Positions 43,185 to 51,865 of a DNA stretch of 64,000 bases are shown one piece after another. A model generated the notes under the pieces. That model did not search any database, was not told where the DNA came from, and saw nothing but the letters and a program-made list of their open reading frames with translations. A program made the position numbers and the translations under genes. The stretch comes from an uncultured Anaerolineaceae bacterium (GTDB lineage: Bacteria; Chloroflexota; Anaerolineae; Anaerolineales; UBA11579). The first letter of the stretch is position 1, and each line of letters begins with the position of its first letter. The stretch covers positions 14,648-78,647 of the forward strand of contig CAYJMC010000001.1 of NCBI GenBank assembly GCA_964371335.1. The letters run 5' to 3'.

Positions 43185-43243
43185 GGTAGGGGCGAGGTCG
43201 CCTCGCCCTTCACAGCCGAGGGCGGGGTGACCCCGCGCCTACC
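43185..43243. repeat. REPIN-like doublet: two inverted GTAG-headed REPs (family 2)
   Basis: GGTAGGGGCGAGGTCGCCTCGCCC (43185-43208) and GGGCGGGGTGACCCCGCGCCTACC (43220-43243). The arms pair over 24 positions with 2 mismatches and 2 G:U pairs. Each arm is also self-palindromic. Confidence 0.75.
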
Positions 43244-43257
43244 GGATTTATCGGTCC

Positions 43258-45351
43258 TCACCATTTGAGGAGTTTTTCCATTTTGGCGCGAATGGTTTCG
43301 ATGCCAGGGATCACGGCGTTCATCAGCGGGATGTTGAATGGAATGGGTACGTCGGGGACGGCAACCCGCTGGATGGGTGCGTCCAGGAAGGCGAAACAAT
43401 CCTGGGCCAGCGCCGCGGCGATCTCGGCGCCAAAGCCGCCTGTCAGCGCATCCTCGTGAGCGATGAGGCAACGCCCGGTCTTGCGCACCGAGCCGAGTAC
43501 GGCTTCTCTGTCCCAGGGGATCATGGTGCGCAGGTCGATGATTTCCACGCGGCTACCAAAGGGCTGGGCGGCGTCCAGGCAGCGGTGAAGCATTTCGCCC
43601 CAGCTCACGACGGTGAGATCGCCGCCAGTTTGTACGATAGCGGCTTTACCGAATGGAAGCACATAGCCATCACCCGGATAGGGACGGCGGGAGGGCGGCG
43701 AGTCGTAAAGGGCGCGGTGCTCTAGGAAAATGGCAGGGTCTTGGCCGCGCAGTGCAGAGCGCAGCAACCCGACCGCGTCGGCGGCATTGGACGGCATGGC
43801 CACGCGCCAGCCAAGGCTGTGGGCGTAGATGGCTTCGCCGGAAACTGAATGCCAGGGATCCCCGGTTTTCTTGCTGTGGCCGACGGGGATGCGAATAACA
43901 ACCGGGGCGGCAAAGCGGCCGCTGGTACGCCAGCGGATCCAGCCAGTGTCGTTGATTTGCTCGGTGGCCGGATCAGCGTATTTGCGGAACTGGATCTCGG
44001 GTAGCGGCGTTAGTCCTGCCAGCGCCATGCCGGCGGCGCGGCCGACAATGCCTTCCTCGGAGAGAGAGGTATCGAAGACGCGACGCGCGCCGAATTTGTG
44101 CTGCAGATCCAGCGTGACGCGATGGACGCCGCCGCGTGGCCCGATGTCTTCGCCGAAAATGAGCAGGCGGGGATTGAGCGCGAGTTCCGTTTCCATGGTG
44201 CGGCGAATGGCTTCGGACATATTGATGCGGGGGCCGGAAGAATCCGGTTTAAGGGAAGGTTGAAGGTTTAAGGTTGGTTTTTCGAGGGATGGGGGAACCT
44301 GCGCGGAATGGTTGCCTGAAGAAAAGAGATGGAGTTGAGCGGAGTCCAGAGCCGGATTGGGATTCTGCTCGGCGGCCGCAAGTTGGGTACGAACATACTC
44401 TCGAAGTTCTTTGGATATGGCCGCCCATTCAGTTTTGCCCAGTATATTGCGCATAGCCAATAGAGGATCAAGTAATGATTCTGCTTTGATTTGCTTGGAG
44501 GATTTGTAGGCGGTCTGGTCCTCGCCAAAGGTGTGACCGGTGAGTCGGGGAACCTCAACCCGCAACAGGCAAGGTCCGCCGCCACCCCGCACGTAGGCAA
44601 CCGCGTCGAGTACTAGCTTTGAGGTTGTTTCGGGTTCGGTGCCGGGTCCGCTGAGGATGCGGAGATTCTTGTACGCAGCCAGGTTGGCGCTGATATCACC
44701 ACCCGGCGTCTGGAAGCCGCGCGGCACTGAGATGCCGTAGCCGTTGTCCTCGATGAAAAAGAGCATCGGCAGGCTCAGGGTGGTGGCAATGTTGAGCGCA
44801 GCCCAGAAACCATTGGCGGCTATGGAACCGTCGCCACCCAGAGAAACAGCGATAGCGCCATCCCAACTTTTATCTTTGAGTTCCTGCTGGTAATAGGTAA
44901 TCGCCTGGGCCCATCCGGCGACGGGCGAATACTGGGCGCCTACGGCGCCAGAAGCCGGCAGTACGGTGACGCCGCGACGCGGCGGCATGGAATAGACCAC
45001 GCCCACGTCGCGCCCTTCGGAAGATGAGCCTGTGCGGGCGAGATCGGCGGCAAAGGCTTCCTGGGGGGTCAGGCCGGCGGCCAGCATGAAGGGCCGCGAG
45101 CGGTAATAGACGCCCGCGCCATCGTGGGGATGCGCGAGTTGAAGGCCGAGCAGCACCTGGGCCAACTCGTGGCCCTTGGAAGAGAACTGGTAGCTGACCT
45201 GCCCGCTGGGCGCGAGTTCTTGCTCTTCGATCTCGTCGATGGTGCGCGAAGTGAGCATGAGGCGGGCGACAAGCGCCCAGTCGATGGTGGGAGCGAGTGC
45301 TATGCGTGACGCTCTGCGTCTGGGCGAAGTTTTAGATTTGGCTTTCTGCAT
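43258..45351 (-). CDS. Fused E1 alpha/beta subunit of a TPP-dependent 2-oxoacid dehydrogenase
   Basis: Alpha half with the TPP motif GDGS..NG. Beta half starts INMSEAIRRTME...IFGEDIG. A linker at aa 350-370 joins them. Confidence 0.85.
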   Translation of the reverse strand: MQKAKSKTSPRRRASRIALAPTIDWALVARLMLTSRTIDEIEEQELAPSGQVSYQFSSKGHELAQVLLGLQLAHPHDGAGVYYRSRPFMLAAGLTPQEAFAADLARTGSSSEGRDVGVVYSMPPRRGVTVLPASGAVGAQYSPVAGWAQAITYYQQELKDKSWDGAIAVSLGGDGSIAANGFWAALNIATTLSLPMLFFIEDNGYGISVPRGFQTPGGDISANLAAYKNLRILSGPGTEPETTSKLVLDAVAYVRGGGGPCLLRVEVPRLTGHTFGEDQTAYKSSKQIKAESLLDPLLAMRNILGKTEWAAISKELREYVRTQLAAAEQNPNPALDSAQLHLFSSGNHSAQVPPSLEKPTLNLQPSLKPDSSGPRINMSEAIRRTMETELALNPRLLIFGEDIGPRGGVHRVTLDLQHKFGARRVFDTSLSEEGIVGRAAGMALAGLTPLPEIQFRKYADPATEQINDTGWIRWRTSGRFAAPVVIRIPVGHSKKTGDPWHSVSGEAIYAHSLGWRVAMPSNAADAVGLLRSALRGQDPAIFLEHRALYDSPPSRRPYPGDGYVLPFGKAAIVQTGGDLTVVSWGEMLHRCLDAAQPFGSRVEIIDLRTMIPWDREAVLGSVRKTGRCLIAHEDALTGGFGAEIAAALAQDCFAFLDAPIQRVAVPDVPIPFNIPLMNAVIPGIETIRAKMEKLLKW
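44255..44275. repeat. Heptamer array inside the E1 linker
   Basis: Plus strand: GAAGGTT GAAGGTT TAAGGTT (minus strand AACCTTA AACCTTC AACCTTC). 21 nt, so the frame is kept. Confidence 0.75.
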
Positions 45352-45443
45352 TATTCTTTATGTCCAGTCTTCGGCGAAATCAACCATTTTGGATTCATGG
45401 ACTTGATCAGGTCAACCTTCCTGGGTGGTCGGTAGCCCTTATG
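45351..45443 (-). pseudogene. GIY-YIG nuclease C-terminal remnant
   Basis: ...HKGYRPPRKVDLIKSMNPKW... aligns with IKGWLRKKKLELIRTMNPKF of the 15971-16319 pseudogene. Its stop overlaps the E1 ATG by 1 nt. Confidence 0.4.
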
Positions 45444-45450
45444 ACCAGAG

Positions 45451-45477
45451 GGACTCCTCGCTTTGTTCGGAGTGACA
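45451..45477 (+). repeat. Family-1 repeat, short form
   Basis: GGACTCCTCGCTTTGTTCGGAGTGACA. Confidence 0.7.
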
Positions 45478-45483
45478 TATAAA

Positions 45484-45545
45484 TTTGTCATTCCGAGGAG
45501 GGCGTTTAGCGTCGCTTTTAACGGCGCTGCCCGACGAGGAATCCC
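45484..45545 (-). repeat. Family-1 repeat, long form
   Basis: Plus strand: TTTGTCATTCCGAGGA-GGGCGTTTAGCGTCGCTTTTAACGGCGCTGCC-CGACGAGGAATCCC. The loop matches the copy at 51866-51927. Confidence 0.75.
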
Positions 45546-45585
45546 TTGAGGCAAAAAGAAACCAGCCTGTCTTTTTTTGACCCAA

Positions 45586-45613
45586 GGGATTCCCCACTTC
45601 GTTCAGAATGACA
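45586..45613 (+). repeat. Family-1 repeat, short form
   Basis: GGGATTCCCCACTTCGTTCAGAATGACA. Confidence 0.7.
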
Positions 45614-45620
45614 TGGTTCG

Positions 45621-46415
45621 CTATTCGGAGAACTCCAGCTCGAAGTCAAGGTCTTCGTCCCAGGCGTCGTCGCGGCGCAATTCGATGTCGCCGAACAGCG
45701 CATCCTGCCGGGCAGAGATGCGGTAACGGCGCACAAGTTCGAGGATTGCGAGGAAAGTGATGACCATATGGAGCCGGCCGGGCGCCGTTTTGATGAGATC
45801 TCGATAGCGGACCAAGGCCTTAGCTTTAAGTGCGTTGGCTACGAGTTGGATCTTTTCGCGGATGGTGATCTTCGGAGGCGCGACCACTTCGCGCAGCGGA
45901 GTGCGCAGGTCTTCGCGGGTGAAAATACGTATGGCGCTAGTGTACAAGTCATTGATGGTGACATTGCTCAAATCGAGGCGGCCTTCGACCTTGGGAGGAG
46001 GAGCCATGCGCAGGTGAGTGCGCAACTGGTCCGCCTGGCGGCCTGCCAGCAGCCTGGCCAGCTCCTTGAATTGTTTGTACATCAGGAGCTGCTGAACCAG
46101 AGCCTCGCCGGGGTCTTCCTCGTCGGGCTGGCGTACGACCGGCCGCGGCAGAAGCGCTTCGGATTTGATCTGCATCAGGCGCGAGGCGACCACGATGAAC
46201 TCGGAGACGCGCTCGGCGCGCAGTTCCTGCAGAGTGCGCATGTAAGCCAGGAACTGGTCTGTTACCTGAGCCAAGGCCAGCTTGGTGATATCGAGTTCGG
46301 CGCGTTCGATGAGCTGCAAAAGCAGGTCCAACGGGCCCTGGTAAACGTCGGTTTCGACGGTGTAGGGTTGCGGTGCGTCGCGATGATAAAGCGAAATCAC
46401 GGCGAGATTATACAA
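45621..46415 (-). CDS. scpA: Segregation and condensation protein A
   Basis: FQGPLDLLL.LI....LDI..I.LA.VTDQFL pattern. 264 aa. Confidence 0.88.
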   Translation of the reverse strand: MYNLAVISLYHRDAPQPYTVETDVYQGPLDLLLQLIERAELDITKLALAQVTDQFLAYMRTLQELRAERVSEFIVVASRLMQIKSEALLPRPVVRQPDEEDPGEALVQQLLMYKQFKELARLLAGRQADQLRTHLRMAPPPKVEGRLDLSNVTINDLYTSAIRIFTREDLRTPLREVVAPPKITIREKIQLVANALKAKALVRYRDLIKTAPGRLHMVITFLAILELVRRYRISARQDALFGDIELRRDDAWDEDLDFELEFSE

Positions 46416-46440
46416 GGATAAAGGAGAAAGGATAATGGAG

Positions 46441-46607
46441 AAAATCGATGGGTAAGGGTAGCATAGGGATAAGCGTCTAGAAGGTAGAATAAGAAGCTGA
46501 GATTAGAAACTGGAGATTGAGCCTGCGAGTTATCAAATATTAGTAACTGGTAATTTCTAACGGCTAAAAGCCAATGGCTAATAGCTGAATGCAAAACGAT
46601 TGGAGAA
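46441..46607. repeat. Long degenerate heptamer array (family 3) upstream of trxA
   Basis: For example GCTGAGA TTAGAAA CTGGAGA TTGAGCC ... AACTGGT AATTTCT AACGGCT AAAAGCC AATGGCT AATAGCT GAATGCA. Confidence 0.65.
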
Positions 46608-46613
46608 AATAAG

Positions 46614-46976
46614 ATGCAGAACGAACCCATTCATGTGACCGACGATGCATTCGAGAAGGCCGTATTGAAATCGGAGACGCCGGTTGTTGTAGATTTCTGG
46701 GCTCCGTGGTGCGGACCCTGCTTGCGGGTGGCTCCGGTGCTGGATAAGCTAGCCAAGGATTACGCAGGCAAGGTTATCGTTGCCAAAGTCAATACGGACG
46801 AGAACCCAAAGTGGGCGCAGCAATATGGCGTGCAGGGCATCCCCACGATGCTGTTTGTGGCAGGCGGCAAGCTGGTGCATCGCCAGGTGGGCGCTATGCC
46901 GGAGCCGATTTTGCGTGAGCTCTTCGATCAGTTCATTGAAGTGGCGAAGCCAAAGGAAACGGCTGCCGCGGCCTAG
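46614..46976 (+). CDS. trxA: Thioredoxin
   Basis: VVDFWAPWCGPC active site. About 110-aa core. Confidence 0.92.
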   Translation: MQNEPIHVTDDAFEKAVLKSETPVVVDFWAPWCGPCLRVAPVLDKLAKDYAGKVIVAKVNTDENPKWAQQYGVQGIPTMLFVAGGKLVHRQVGAMPEPILRELFDQFIEVAKPKETAAAA

Positions 46977-47045
46977 ACAACGGAAAAACAAAAAGGCAGA
47001 GGCTGGGAAAAGGTCCCAGCCTCTTTTCTTTACTATAATCCCAGC

Positions 47046-47756
47046 GTGCTGATTATTAGCCTACTATTTGGGTTATTAGGTGGCCTTGTGGTTAATTACT
47101 TTGCCGATGTGCTACCGGCAACCCGGCGACTAGCGAAGCCTGAGTGGTGGCCGCTGAGCAGAAGCGGATTGCGAGAATATTTGGCGCGCCCGCGGGTTTT
47201 AGCGGTTACTGGATTGTCGCTTTCGGGCGCTTTTTTGTTAAACCAGTTCCCACCGGCCGATTTCTCTATTTATCTACTGGTCGTCATCCTCGCTTATTTT
47301 TTCACTGTTGCCGTCATCGACATCGAGCATCGCGCCGTGTTGCATCCAGTTAGCATTGTGGGGGCGATCCTTATGGGTGGGATCGGTATCTGGCGACATG
47401 GCTGGGTGGATTCGTTGATCGGCGGGGCTGCAGGATTTGGATTCATGCTGGCTGTCTATTATCTTGGCGATTGGCTGGGGCGGCTGGTGGCGCGGGCGCG
47501 CAAAGAGCCCTGGGAGGAAACGGCGCTCGGATTCGGCGACGTGGACTTGGCGGGCGTGATCGGCCTGCTAATGGGCTGGCCCGGGGTGATCGCAGCGCTG
47601 TTTATGGGGATGTTAGCGGCGGGAATCTTCAGCGCCGGATACTTGCTGTTCACATTCGTCAGCGGCAAATATCGGGCTTTCGCATCGATTCCGTACGCCC
47701 CATTTTTGTGTATGGGCGCGGTGGTGAGTGTGCTGGCGGGAATTTATTTCGGATGA
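47046..47756 (+). CDS. A24-family prepilin peptidase-like membrane protein
   Basis: Two catalytic Asp contexts, AVIDIEHR and GFGDVDLAGVIG. Polytopic. Confidence 0.7.
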   Translation: MLIISLLFGLLGGLVVNYFADVLPATRRLAKPEWWPLSRSGLREYLARPRVLAVTGLSLSGAFLLNQFPPADFSIYLLVVILAYFFTVAVIDIEHRAVLHPVSIVGAILMGGIGIWRHGWVDSLIGGAAGFGFMLAVYYLGDWLGRLVARARKEPWEETALGFGDVDLAGVIGLLMGWPGVIAALFMGMLAAGIFSAGYLLFTFVSGKYRAFASIPYAPFLCMGAVVSVLAGIYFG

Positions 47757-48163
47757 GGGTGGGATTCGATGAAAACCAAAGCCTGACGCAATACTTCATC
47801 TTCCTCAATGTCATCGGTTGCAATCTCTAAATCGGCGTGCTGGCGGGCATGGGCGAGGCGCGGTTGCTGATCTTCGTATTCTGATCGCAGCCAGTTAAGG
47901 CCGCGGGTCACTGAGGTTTCGTAAATGCAATGAAGGTAAATCAATACATCAGGGTTGGAGATCTGTTGCCACATGCGGGGAGCGTACGAATGTTCCTGGA
48001 CGATCTGGCGGGCGTCGTAGCCCGCTTGCTGCAAACCGCGCACCAGCGTGGACTTGCCTGATTTGCACGGGCCAACAATTCCAATTAGAAAGCCAGGTGG
48101 TTGCTTCGTCAGCCTACGGCCCTCCTCGCAACTGCGGAAGTCAAAGCCTTCCTTGATTTGCAC
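47744..48163 (-). CDS. Small P-loop NTPase / kinase-like protein
   Basis: Walker A GIVGPCKSGKST. No further family recognised. Confidence 0.55.
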   Translation of the reverse strand: MQIKEGFDFRSCEEGRRLTKQPPGFLIGIVGPCKSGKSTLVRGLQQAGYDARQIVQEHSYAPRMWQQISNPDVLIYLHCIYETSVTRGLNWLRSEYEDQQPRLAHARQHADLEIATDDIEEDEVLRQALVFIESHPHPK

Positions 48164-48194
48164 GGGCCGACGACGCCAATCGGCTTGGCGCTAC

Positions 48195-48911
48195 TCATAA
48201 AGGCAATCTAGCCCACATACGACGGACTTCGTCTTTGCCGCGCGGCAGGACGCCGAGAACGACGACGCTTATATCGTCGACTGGGCGACCCTGCTCGAGT
48301 CTAAGGGCTGCGGTCATCAGGCCATCGGCAACTTCTTGCGGCGCGCCGCCTTTGGCCAGCAAGTGGTTGAATTCGGCCGTGACATCCAATTGCTGATCGC
48401 GGCGGACGCCGGCGAATAGAAGGCCATCGGTAAACGTGGCAATCATAAGGCCTGCGCGGAGATCGAGTTCGGCAATAACCGGCCGCGTGCCGCGGCGCAA
48501 GCCCACCGGCTGGCTGTCTTCGTCCAACGCGTTTGTTTTACCATCAGCATGCACCAAAACCGGGCTTGGATTGTTGCGAGTAATCACCACAGTACGAGAT
48601 TCAAGATCGATGGAGAGAATATTAAGCGTGGATTGCACTTTGCCACTGCGGTGGGTATAGAGGTAATCGGATGCGGCGCGAGCTGCGGCGCCATCGCGCA
48701 CGCCTTCGGCCAGCAGTGAGATGACCTTGCGCACAACCATGTTAGAGATCAGCTTGGCACTCTTGCCGGAGCGCTGGCCGTCGGCCAGCACCACGGAGAG
48801 CCCGCCACCGGGCCGCTCGACGACTTCGAGCGTATCCCCACTTTCGGAGGACGCGTATTTATTGATCTTGGCGACGCCGATTTGGATTTCCACGGGATGA
48901 TTGTAAAGCAT
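48195..48911 (-). CDS. SpoIIE/PP2C-like serine phosphatase domain protein
   Basis: SESGDTLEVV....GGLSVVLADGQRSGKSA and TFTDGLL blocks, as in the PP2C/SpoIIE fold. Confidence 0.6.
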   Translation of the reverse strand: MLYNHPVEIQIGVAKINKYASSESGDTLEVVERPGGGLSVVLADGQRSGKSAKLISNMVVRKVISLLAEGVRDGAAARAASDYLYTHRSGKVQSTLNILSIDLESRTVVITRNNPSPVLVHADGKTNALDEDSQPVGLRRGTRPVIAELDLRAGLMIATFTDGLLFAGVRRDQQLDVTAEFNHLLAKGGAPQEVADGLMTAALRLEQGRPVDDISVVVLGVLPRGKDEVRRMWARLPL

Positions 48912-48965
48912 CTGCTAATCCCTTAATCGGTTAATCGCGAGGTTTGATTAACGAATTAATGGATT
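48912..48965. repeat. Degenerate short-period array (period about 8)
   Basis: TTAATCgg TTAATCgc ... ATTAACga ATTAATgg ATTAATag ATTGG. Confidence 0.6.
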
Positions 48966-49644
48966 AATAGATTGGTTTGCCGATAATTAGTATTACCTCG
49001 GATCCTGACAAATGGACTCGTCTTTCTTCGACAGAAAAACCTGCTCGGCGCAACGGTTGGCTGAAGCGAGAGTCCCAATTGGGCGCCTGGCCGGTGACGC
49101 GGAACAGCCAGGCGGCTAGCCGATCCCAGATACGGTTACCGCGGATCCAGGCGACCGGCAGAACGACAAACTTGCCGGTCTGAACTAAGGCGCGATGCGC
49201 CTCCGACAGTGTCTTTGTTTGAGCGATGTATTCGGACGGAAAAGTTGCAACCAACTGGTCGAACGTTTGGCCGGAAAAAGGCAGATGTTCTGCAGAGGCG
49301 CGGACCAAATTGGGTGTGTGCTTGGCTGTAGCCAGGCGTTTATAAGCAAGGCGGCCCATAGGTGCGCTGCGGTCGAGGCCGAAAGCGTGAATGCCTTTTT
49401 TGTGGAGCGCGAGCTGTAAGTGACCGGAGCCGTGGCCGAGCTCTAGAATCCGAGGACCCGGCAGATCCGGCAAGGCGCTGTACACCCAGGTTTTCCAACG
49501 GCCAAGGGAAACGACCCAGGCAACCAGATCGTAGCTGAAAGCCAGGGGCTCGTAGATCAGGTAAAAGAAAAAGAAGAGGAAGCGGGTGAAAAGATTACGT
49601 GCCTGGCGATAATCACCTGAAGCCAGGCGATTATTGCCGGGCAT
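48964..49644 (-). CDS. Class I SAM-dependent methyltransferase
   Basis: ILELGHGSGH motif I and a downstream acidic loop. Confidence 0.7.
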   Translation of the reverse strand: MPGNNRLASGDYRQARNLFTRFLFFFFYLIYEPLAFSYDLVAWVVSLGRWKTWVYSALPDLPGPRILELGHGSGHLQLALHKKGIHAFGLDRSAPMGRLAYKRLATAKHTPNLVRASAEHLPFSGQTFDQLVATFPSEYIAQTKTLSEAHRALVQTGKFVVLPVAWIRGNRIWDRLAAWLFRVTGQAPNWDSRFSQPLRRAGFSVEERRVHLSGSEVILIIGKPIY

Positions 49645-49648
49645 GCTG

Positions 49649-49879
49649 TTACGCGCCGAGGACTTGGACCTCGACGCCCTGTTTGCGCAGCCAATCGATG
49701 GAGGATTCGATGAGGCTGGCTGATCCCACCAATTGCACTTCGAGCCAACCTTCGGTGGGGTTCACTTCCGCGCGTAAAATGTTCACGGTTAAATCGCCAA
49801 AATTGCGGATCAACTGATTGACAATAGGAACATTGACTACGGAGGGTGGGTAGATGAGTCGGAGGACTTGTTCGGTCAC
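49649..49879 (-). CDS. Stand-alone NIL-domain protein
   Basis: 76 aa. P....L.......VNIL.A.V......G.L.V.L.G pattern of the MetN C-terminal NIL domain. Confidence 0.65.
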   Translation of the reverse strand: MTEQVLRLIYPPSVVNVPIVNQLIRNFGDLTVNILRAEVNPTEGWLEVQLVGSASLIESSIDWLRKQGVEVQVLGA

Positions 49880-49923
49880 TTCAGGCTCCTTTGTGCAGGT
49901 TAACGAATTCTAGCATGGAACAA

Positions 49924-50979
49924 TTACGCGGATGCAGCAGCCGGGGAGGCGTGTTCAGCCAATTGCCCGCAGCCCGCCTGGATATCGATGCCGCGGCGGA
50001 CGCGAACGGTGCAGGAGATGCCGTGGGATTCGAGGATATCGCGGAAAGCTGAGACCCGTTCGCGCGTTGAACGTTCGCCACTGTAGCCGCGGGTTGGATT
50101 TAGCGGGATCACATTCACATGGCAATTGAGCCCAGCGAGTAATTCGGCGAGGCGGCGAGCTTCATCCGGACCGTCGTTTACGTTTTGGATCAGCGCCCAT
50201 TCGAATGTGATGCGGCGGCCCGTGGTCTCCACATAATCGCGGCAGGCTTGTATCAGATCCTTGATGGGATAGCGCTGATTGACCGGCAGCATGGATGTGC
50301 GAAGCTCATCCTGAGTCGCATGCAGTGAAATTGCAAGGCCGATCTGGCGTTTTTCAGCAGTGAAACGCTTGATAGCTGGAATGAGTCCTACAGTGGAGAT
50401 GGTGAAACGGCGGGCGCCCATGTTGAAACCGTCTGGATGGCCGAGGCGATCGATGGCTGCAAGCGTAGCTTCGTAATTGTGGAAGGGTTCGCCCATGCCC
50501 ATAAGAACAACATTGGTGACGCGTTCACCTTCGGCCTTGAGCTGGCGAGCAAAGAAAAGCACTTGCCCGACAATTTCTCCGCTGGTCAGATTTCTGCGAA
50601 AGCCCATCTGGCCTGTGGCGCAAAAGACACAGCCCATGGCGCAGCCTGCCTGTGTGGAAATGCATAGCGTGTTGCGTTCTTTATAGCGCATGAGCACCGT
50701 CTCAATGGGCTGTCCATCGGGAAGCACGAAGAGAACCTTTGTGGTTTGACCATCCTTAGAGTGAAGCCTCTCGGCCTCAGGCAGATTGGTGAAGCTGAAC
50801 TTATCAGCCAGCTTTTGGCGTAACTCCTTGGGGAAGGTGGAGAAATCTTCGGGGCGCGACCAAAGCTGTTGGTAGAGACCTTGCCACAGTTGCTTGGCGC
50901 GATAAGACGGCTGGCCCCATTTTTTGAATAGGGCGGTGAGTTGTTCAAGGTCCAAATCGTAAATAAAAGGCCTGCTCAT
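49924..50979 (-). CDS. rlmN: 23S rRNA/tRNA A2503-C2 methyltransferase RlmN
   Basis: Radical-SAM CAMGCVFCATG, GMGEP, and a C-terminal Cys. I prefer ATG 50979 (MSRPFIYDL) over TTG 51009. Confidence 0.88.
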   Translation of the reverse strand: MSRPFIYDLDLEQLTALFKKWGQPSYRAKQLWQGLYQQLWSRPEDFSTFPKELRQKLADKFSFTNLPEAERLHSKDGQTTKVLFVLPDGQPIETVLMRYKERNTLCISTQAGCAMGCVFCATGQMGFRRNLTSGEIVGQVLFFARQLKAEGERVTNVVLMGMGEPFHNYEATLAAIDRLGHPDGFNMGARRFTISTVGLIPAIKRFTAEKRQIGLAISLHATQDELRTSMLPVNQRYPIKDLIQACRDYVETTGRRITFEWALIQNVNDGPDEARRLAELLAGLNCHVNVIPLNPTRGYSGERSTRERVSAFRDILESHGISCTVRVRRGIDIQAGCGQLAEHASPAAASA

Positions 50980-51045
50980 TTTTCCGCGCTGATTATCCCC
51001 TAATAACAACGAAATAACATTTGAATAACGTAAAAGAAAACTTAC

Positions 51046-51825
51046 TTATAACTTTTCGATAAGGGTCTCCAGATCATTCTCGATGTAATCCGGTGCCGGC
51101 TGCCAGGCGCGGGCGGCGGCTTCGCTGGTGACGCCGGAGAGCAGCAGGGCGGTGCGGCAGCCGGCCTTCCGCCCGGCGGCCACGTCCGTTTCGACGCGGT
51201 CTCCGACCATCAGCGTTTCGGCGGGCTTGACGCTGAGTGCCGCCAGCGCGCTATCCAGCAGGGCGCGCTCCGGTTTGCCGATGATGGCGGGCTTGACGTC
51301 CGTGGCGGCCTCCAGAGCCGCCAGGATGCTTCCGGCTCCGGGGACCTCACCGTTTGGAGAAGGCAAAGTACGATCTGGGTTGGTACCGATGAAGGCCGCG
51401 CCGTTGCGGATGAGGTGCGTAGCAGTGGCCAGCTTGTCATAAGTCAGTTCGCGGTCCAGGCCGACGACGACTGCCAGGCAATCCTTCTCGGTTATCTTAA
51501 AGCCATGGCCTTGCATAGCTTCACGAAGTCCTTGCTCACCGATGACATATACATTCCCGCCGCATTGGTATTGTTGGGCAAGCGTATGCGCGGCCACCTT
51601 GGCCGAGGTGTGAATTTGCTCGGCTGGGATCTCCAAGCCAAAGCCTCGGAATTTTTCCTGGTATTGCTCTACGGTGCGGGTGGCGTTGTTGGTGACGAAA
51701 GCGGTCTGCAGTCCTTTGGCGGCGATCTTGTTCATGATGGCGGGTAGGTCGCCGATGGGCTCGTGGTCGCGCCAGAGCACGCCGTCCATGTCGAGCAGTA
51801 AGGCGCGCAGTTTGGGCGTGGGCAT
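51046..51825 (-). CDS. HAD-IIA family hydrolase (NagD-like)
   Basis: LLDMDGVLW, TNN.T, and GD...TD. Confidence 0.8.
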   Translation of the reverse strand: MPTPKLRALLLDMDGVLWRDHEPIGDLPAIMNKIAAKGLQTAFVTNNATRTVEQYQEKFRGFGLEIPAEQIHTSAKVAAHTLAQQYQCGGNVYVIGEQGLREAMQGHGFKITEKDCLAVVVGLDRELTYDKLATATHLIRNGAAFIGTNPDRTLPSPNGEVPGAGSILAALEAATDVKPAIIGKPERALLDSALAALSVKPAETLMVGDRVETDVAAGRKAGCRTALLLSGVTSEAAARAWQPAPDYIENDLETLIEKL

Positions 51826-51865
51826 GAAGGGGATTATAGCGGTGGACTTGGGTTAATTAGTCTAG

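Noticed and set aside
43121-43471. 116-aa minus-strand ORF overlapping the 3' end of the E1 gene and the REPIN.
   Set aside because: It is out of frame with E1 and reads through the palindromic repeat. Its Arg/Pro/Gly-rich composition is typical of GC artefacts.
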